DNA of 64,000 nucleotides, taken from NCBI RefSeq assembly GCF_003918875.1, contig NW_025766503.1:496001-560000 (forward strand), given 5' to 3'. The notes beneath the pieces were generated by a model, which saw only the letters and a program-made list of their open reading frames with translations, had not been told where the DNA came from and ran no database searches. The DNA comes from Haliotis rubra (Eukaryota). This document shows positions 61,536 through 64,000 of the stretch, piece after piece (position 1 is the stretch's first letter; each line of letters opens with the position of its first letter). The position numbers were made by a program, and so were the translations under genes.

Positions 61536-63489
61536 CAGCAACATGCAATGACAGTGTCTCGTGATGTTACAGTTAGTGACAATAGAAGGAGACGTAAAGC
61601 ATAGTCATAGCGACAGCCAACATCATGTTTGAGACGTCATAATGTCTGTGACGCCACAGTTATGAACAATAGCGGTAGATGTAAATATATTGTGTTTTCA
61701 GTGCCCATAATACATTGGAAGGTTTGAAAATTATACTTTCGAATTAAACTTACGTTTCAAAAGCCTTATGAACATTTGTTCTTTTCCCACTCGTTAGTAT
61801 TTATTATTGTTAAGCAACTGATACAACAAAAAGCTGGTACACAGGTCATTTCCACATTCACCATAGTCCATACAAGCATTTCTTGGAGCAGCGACTATCT
61901 TACAAGCCAAAAAATTCCCCTTTGATTTTAGTTGTCAATTAATGTAAATGATTAGTTAGTGTAGCGTTTCTTGAATTTCACCTGCTGTTCCCCATGAATG
62001 TGTTACCCCCGAGATTTTGCTCCTTGATATCGGGATCTTCTGACCAATGGCACATTCACACAAAATACATTAGAATACCTCATTCCTGCGTGTTCCTGCA
62101 AACAGATGGGCCTGTCAAGGGCAGATTGTTTACATATATTTTAATGTCAGATCTAAAGAGTGAGTGATTTTCCTAACACCGCATCAGTAGTTTGGCAGCA
62201 ATTGCCGGCATGCAGATAAAAGGAACTGAGGATTGTAAGACGATAATTCACGTCAGGATGTCAGCTAAAATATGCAGTTGATCTTGACCTACAAATTCCT
62301 TGTGTAATAAACCTTGAACTCCAAGTAGGGTAAGGACGTATGTGAAATTGATATATACGATAGGATAATGATGTAGCAAACTTTTTTCAGAGAAATTTTC
62401 TTTCCTTCGATTATATCCTTACTTCTAAGATTTTTATAGTCATTTCAAGTTTCTGCTAGCATTATCTCTTTGCTTCGATTTTTTTCTTGCTGATACTAAA
62501 AATTTCTCTTTGTCTCGATGATGTTTCGTTGTTTCAATTAATGTTTCGTTTTCGAGAAAATAATAGAAGCAAATGAAAATAATTGAAATTTAAAATTTTG
62601 AAAGATACTTGAAGTAACGAGAAAATTCTTGAAATTTCGAGAAAATAGTTCCCTTAGCAGCGAGTAATGTGTGCAACAAAATTGGCAGCATTAGGCATTC
62701 ATAGATATACGGACAATATTCATGCTGCTGCATCTTACAGATTTTGAAATTCAATCCGAAATTGAAAACATGAGTTTCTTTCTATAATTCATCATCACAA
62801 CATCTCATGTTTAATAGAAAGAACGTTAATTATCCATTTTATGTAAGTACAAAATATCCATATGGATGCTGAGCATGAAGCACGTGCTCCTTGTTTATGC
62901 AGTCATCTGACTTTTTAATATTGAATTACATGGAGATATATTTGTAAAGGCCATCTTGTTCACAGAACAGATATCCATTGGCAGAAAAAGAAGACTGACT
63001 ATAAATCACGAATACAAATAATCGGAACTTAAAAGGAATTTAATGCTCGCTGCCGTTCACTGCAGTGATACATGTATCCTGTTGGCGTGAAGTGGTACTG
63101 GGGTCGATTTCTAAAACCCAGCTCACTCACCCATGTTGTGAACATATACTCAAGATAAAGGGGATAAAAGCCATTGGTGTTTTTCTTATGTGTCGTGATA
63201 TCTATACTGAACCGCAAATGAAACTTCATCTTTCAAAACCAAATGCAAAATTCTGTTCTTACAAGATAATGATTGTGTCGTTTTGTTAACATATTTTTCT
63301 ATCCACATTGACACTTATAACCAACATCAGTGTGTTTCCTGATGAAAAAGCATATCGACCAAACGCACCTAAAAAGGCAGACGTGGAAAAAGGTTCTGTA
63401 TGACTTTCGTGAAAATGAAAATGCAAGTGCATATCGTGACAACCCTTCCAATGAAAGCGAGTCCCAAACTCGACTGAAATCATTTTTGT

Positions 63490-63845
63490 TTTGGCACAAT
63501 CGCCATACCACAACGCGACTGCAAGTTGACAATCATTTTAATGTTCATGTTAGGACATTCTACCGACTGCAGGAGCGGTATCAGGCCACTTACAGCATCC
63601 AAGACCGTCAGTAACATCACAACGTCATGGCCGACAGATTGTGCGCCACCATCTGCAAGATCGCTTCACCAGAGCGACGGAAACAGCACGCCAGACCATT
63701 GGGACTCACAACTGACCCATTAATGACCATATCGTGGCCCTGTCCTCACCGCTCGTCACCGTCCAAACCGACTGCAATGGGCAGCTCAGCATCGAAATTG
63801 GCGACAATGGAGAACTGTGCTTTATTCTCATGAAAACCGATATCT
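63490..63845 (+). pseudogene. Tc1 transposase relic (HTH region)
   Basis: HFNVHVRTFYRLQERYQAT, IVRHHLQDRFTRATETARQ, GPVLTARHRPNRLQWAAQHRNWRQWRTVLYSHENR. Confidence 0.8.
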
Positions 63846-64000
63846 CGACTCTCGAAGACCCTGCGTGCAACCACCGCTTTAGGGCCTTGAAGACCCTGTG
63901 TGCACTCGCATCTTTAGTGTGCAATGTGTGCACCCACCTTTTTACGGGTATGAAAACGACCCTGCAAGCGATCATTTCTAAAGGGTACCGAAGACCCTGT

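Overview
Repeat-rich, AT-rich animal genomic DNA, probably molluscan; the SINE families resemble abalone repeats (from memory, unverified). No host gene could be confidently identified. Two different endogenous Polinton/Maverick (adintovirus-like) elements dominate the first 29 kb. Element A (<1-5852, GC-richer than its flank) carries the 5' part of a major capsid gene, a penton, two paralogous fibre-like genes, two membrane-active proteins and a tRNA-like Pol III unit, and ends in the canonical ACTACT. Element B (~18.6-28.6 kb) is bounded by inverted repeats and sits in a satellite. It carries an integrase, a small membrane protein, a short penton and a ZnF-fused packaging ATPase, but no visible pPolB, MCP or protease. 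Its first gene is a CARD + tandem PC4 + Cys/His-motif protein, hidden from the ORF track by a frameshift and a 3 kb Academ-type insertion, and it is followed in frame (TGA-CTA) by a NADAR domain. The rest of the window is LINEs (one near-intact with a 15-bp TSD), SINEs, Tc1 and Penelope relics, MITEs, interstitial telomeric repeats and many tandem satellites.
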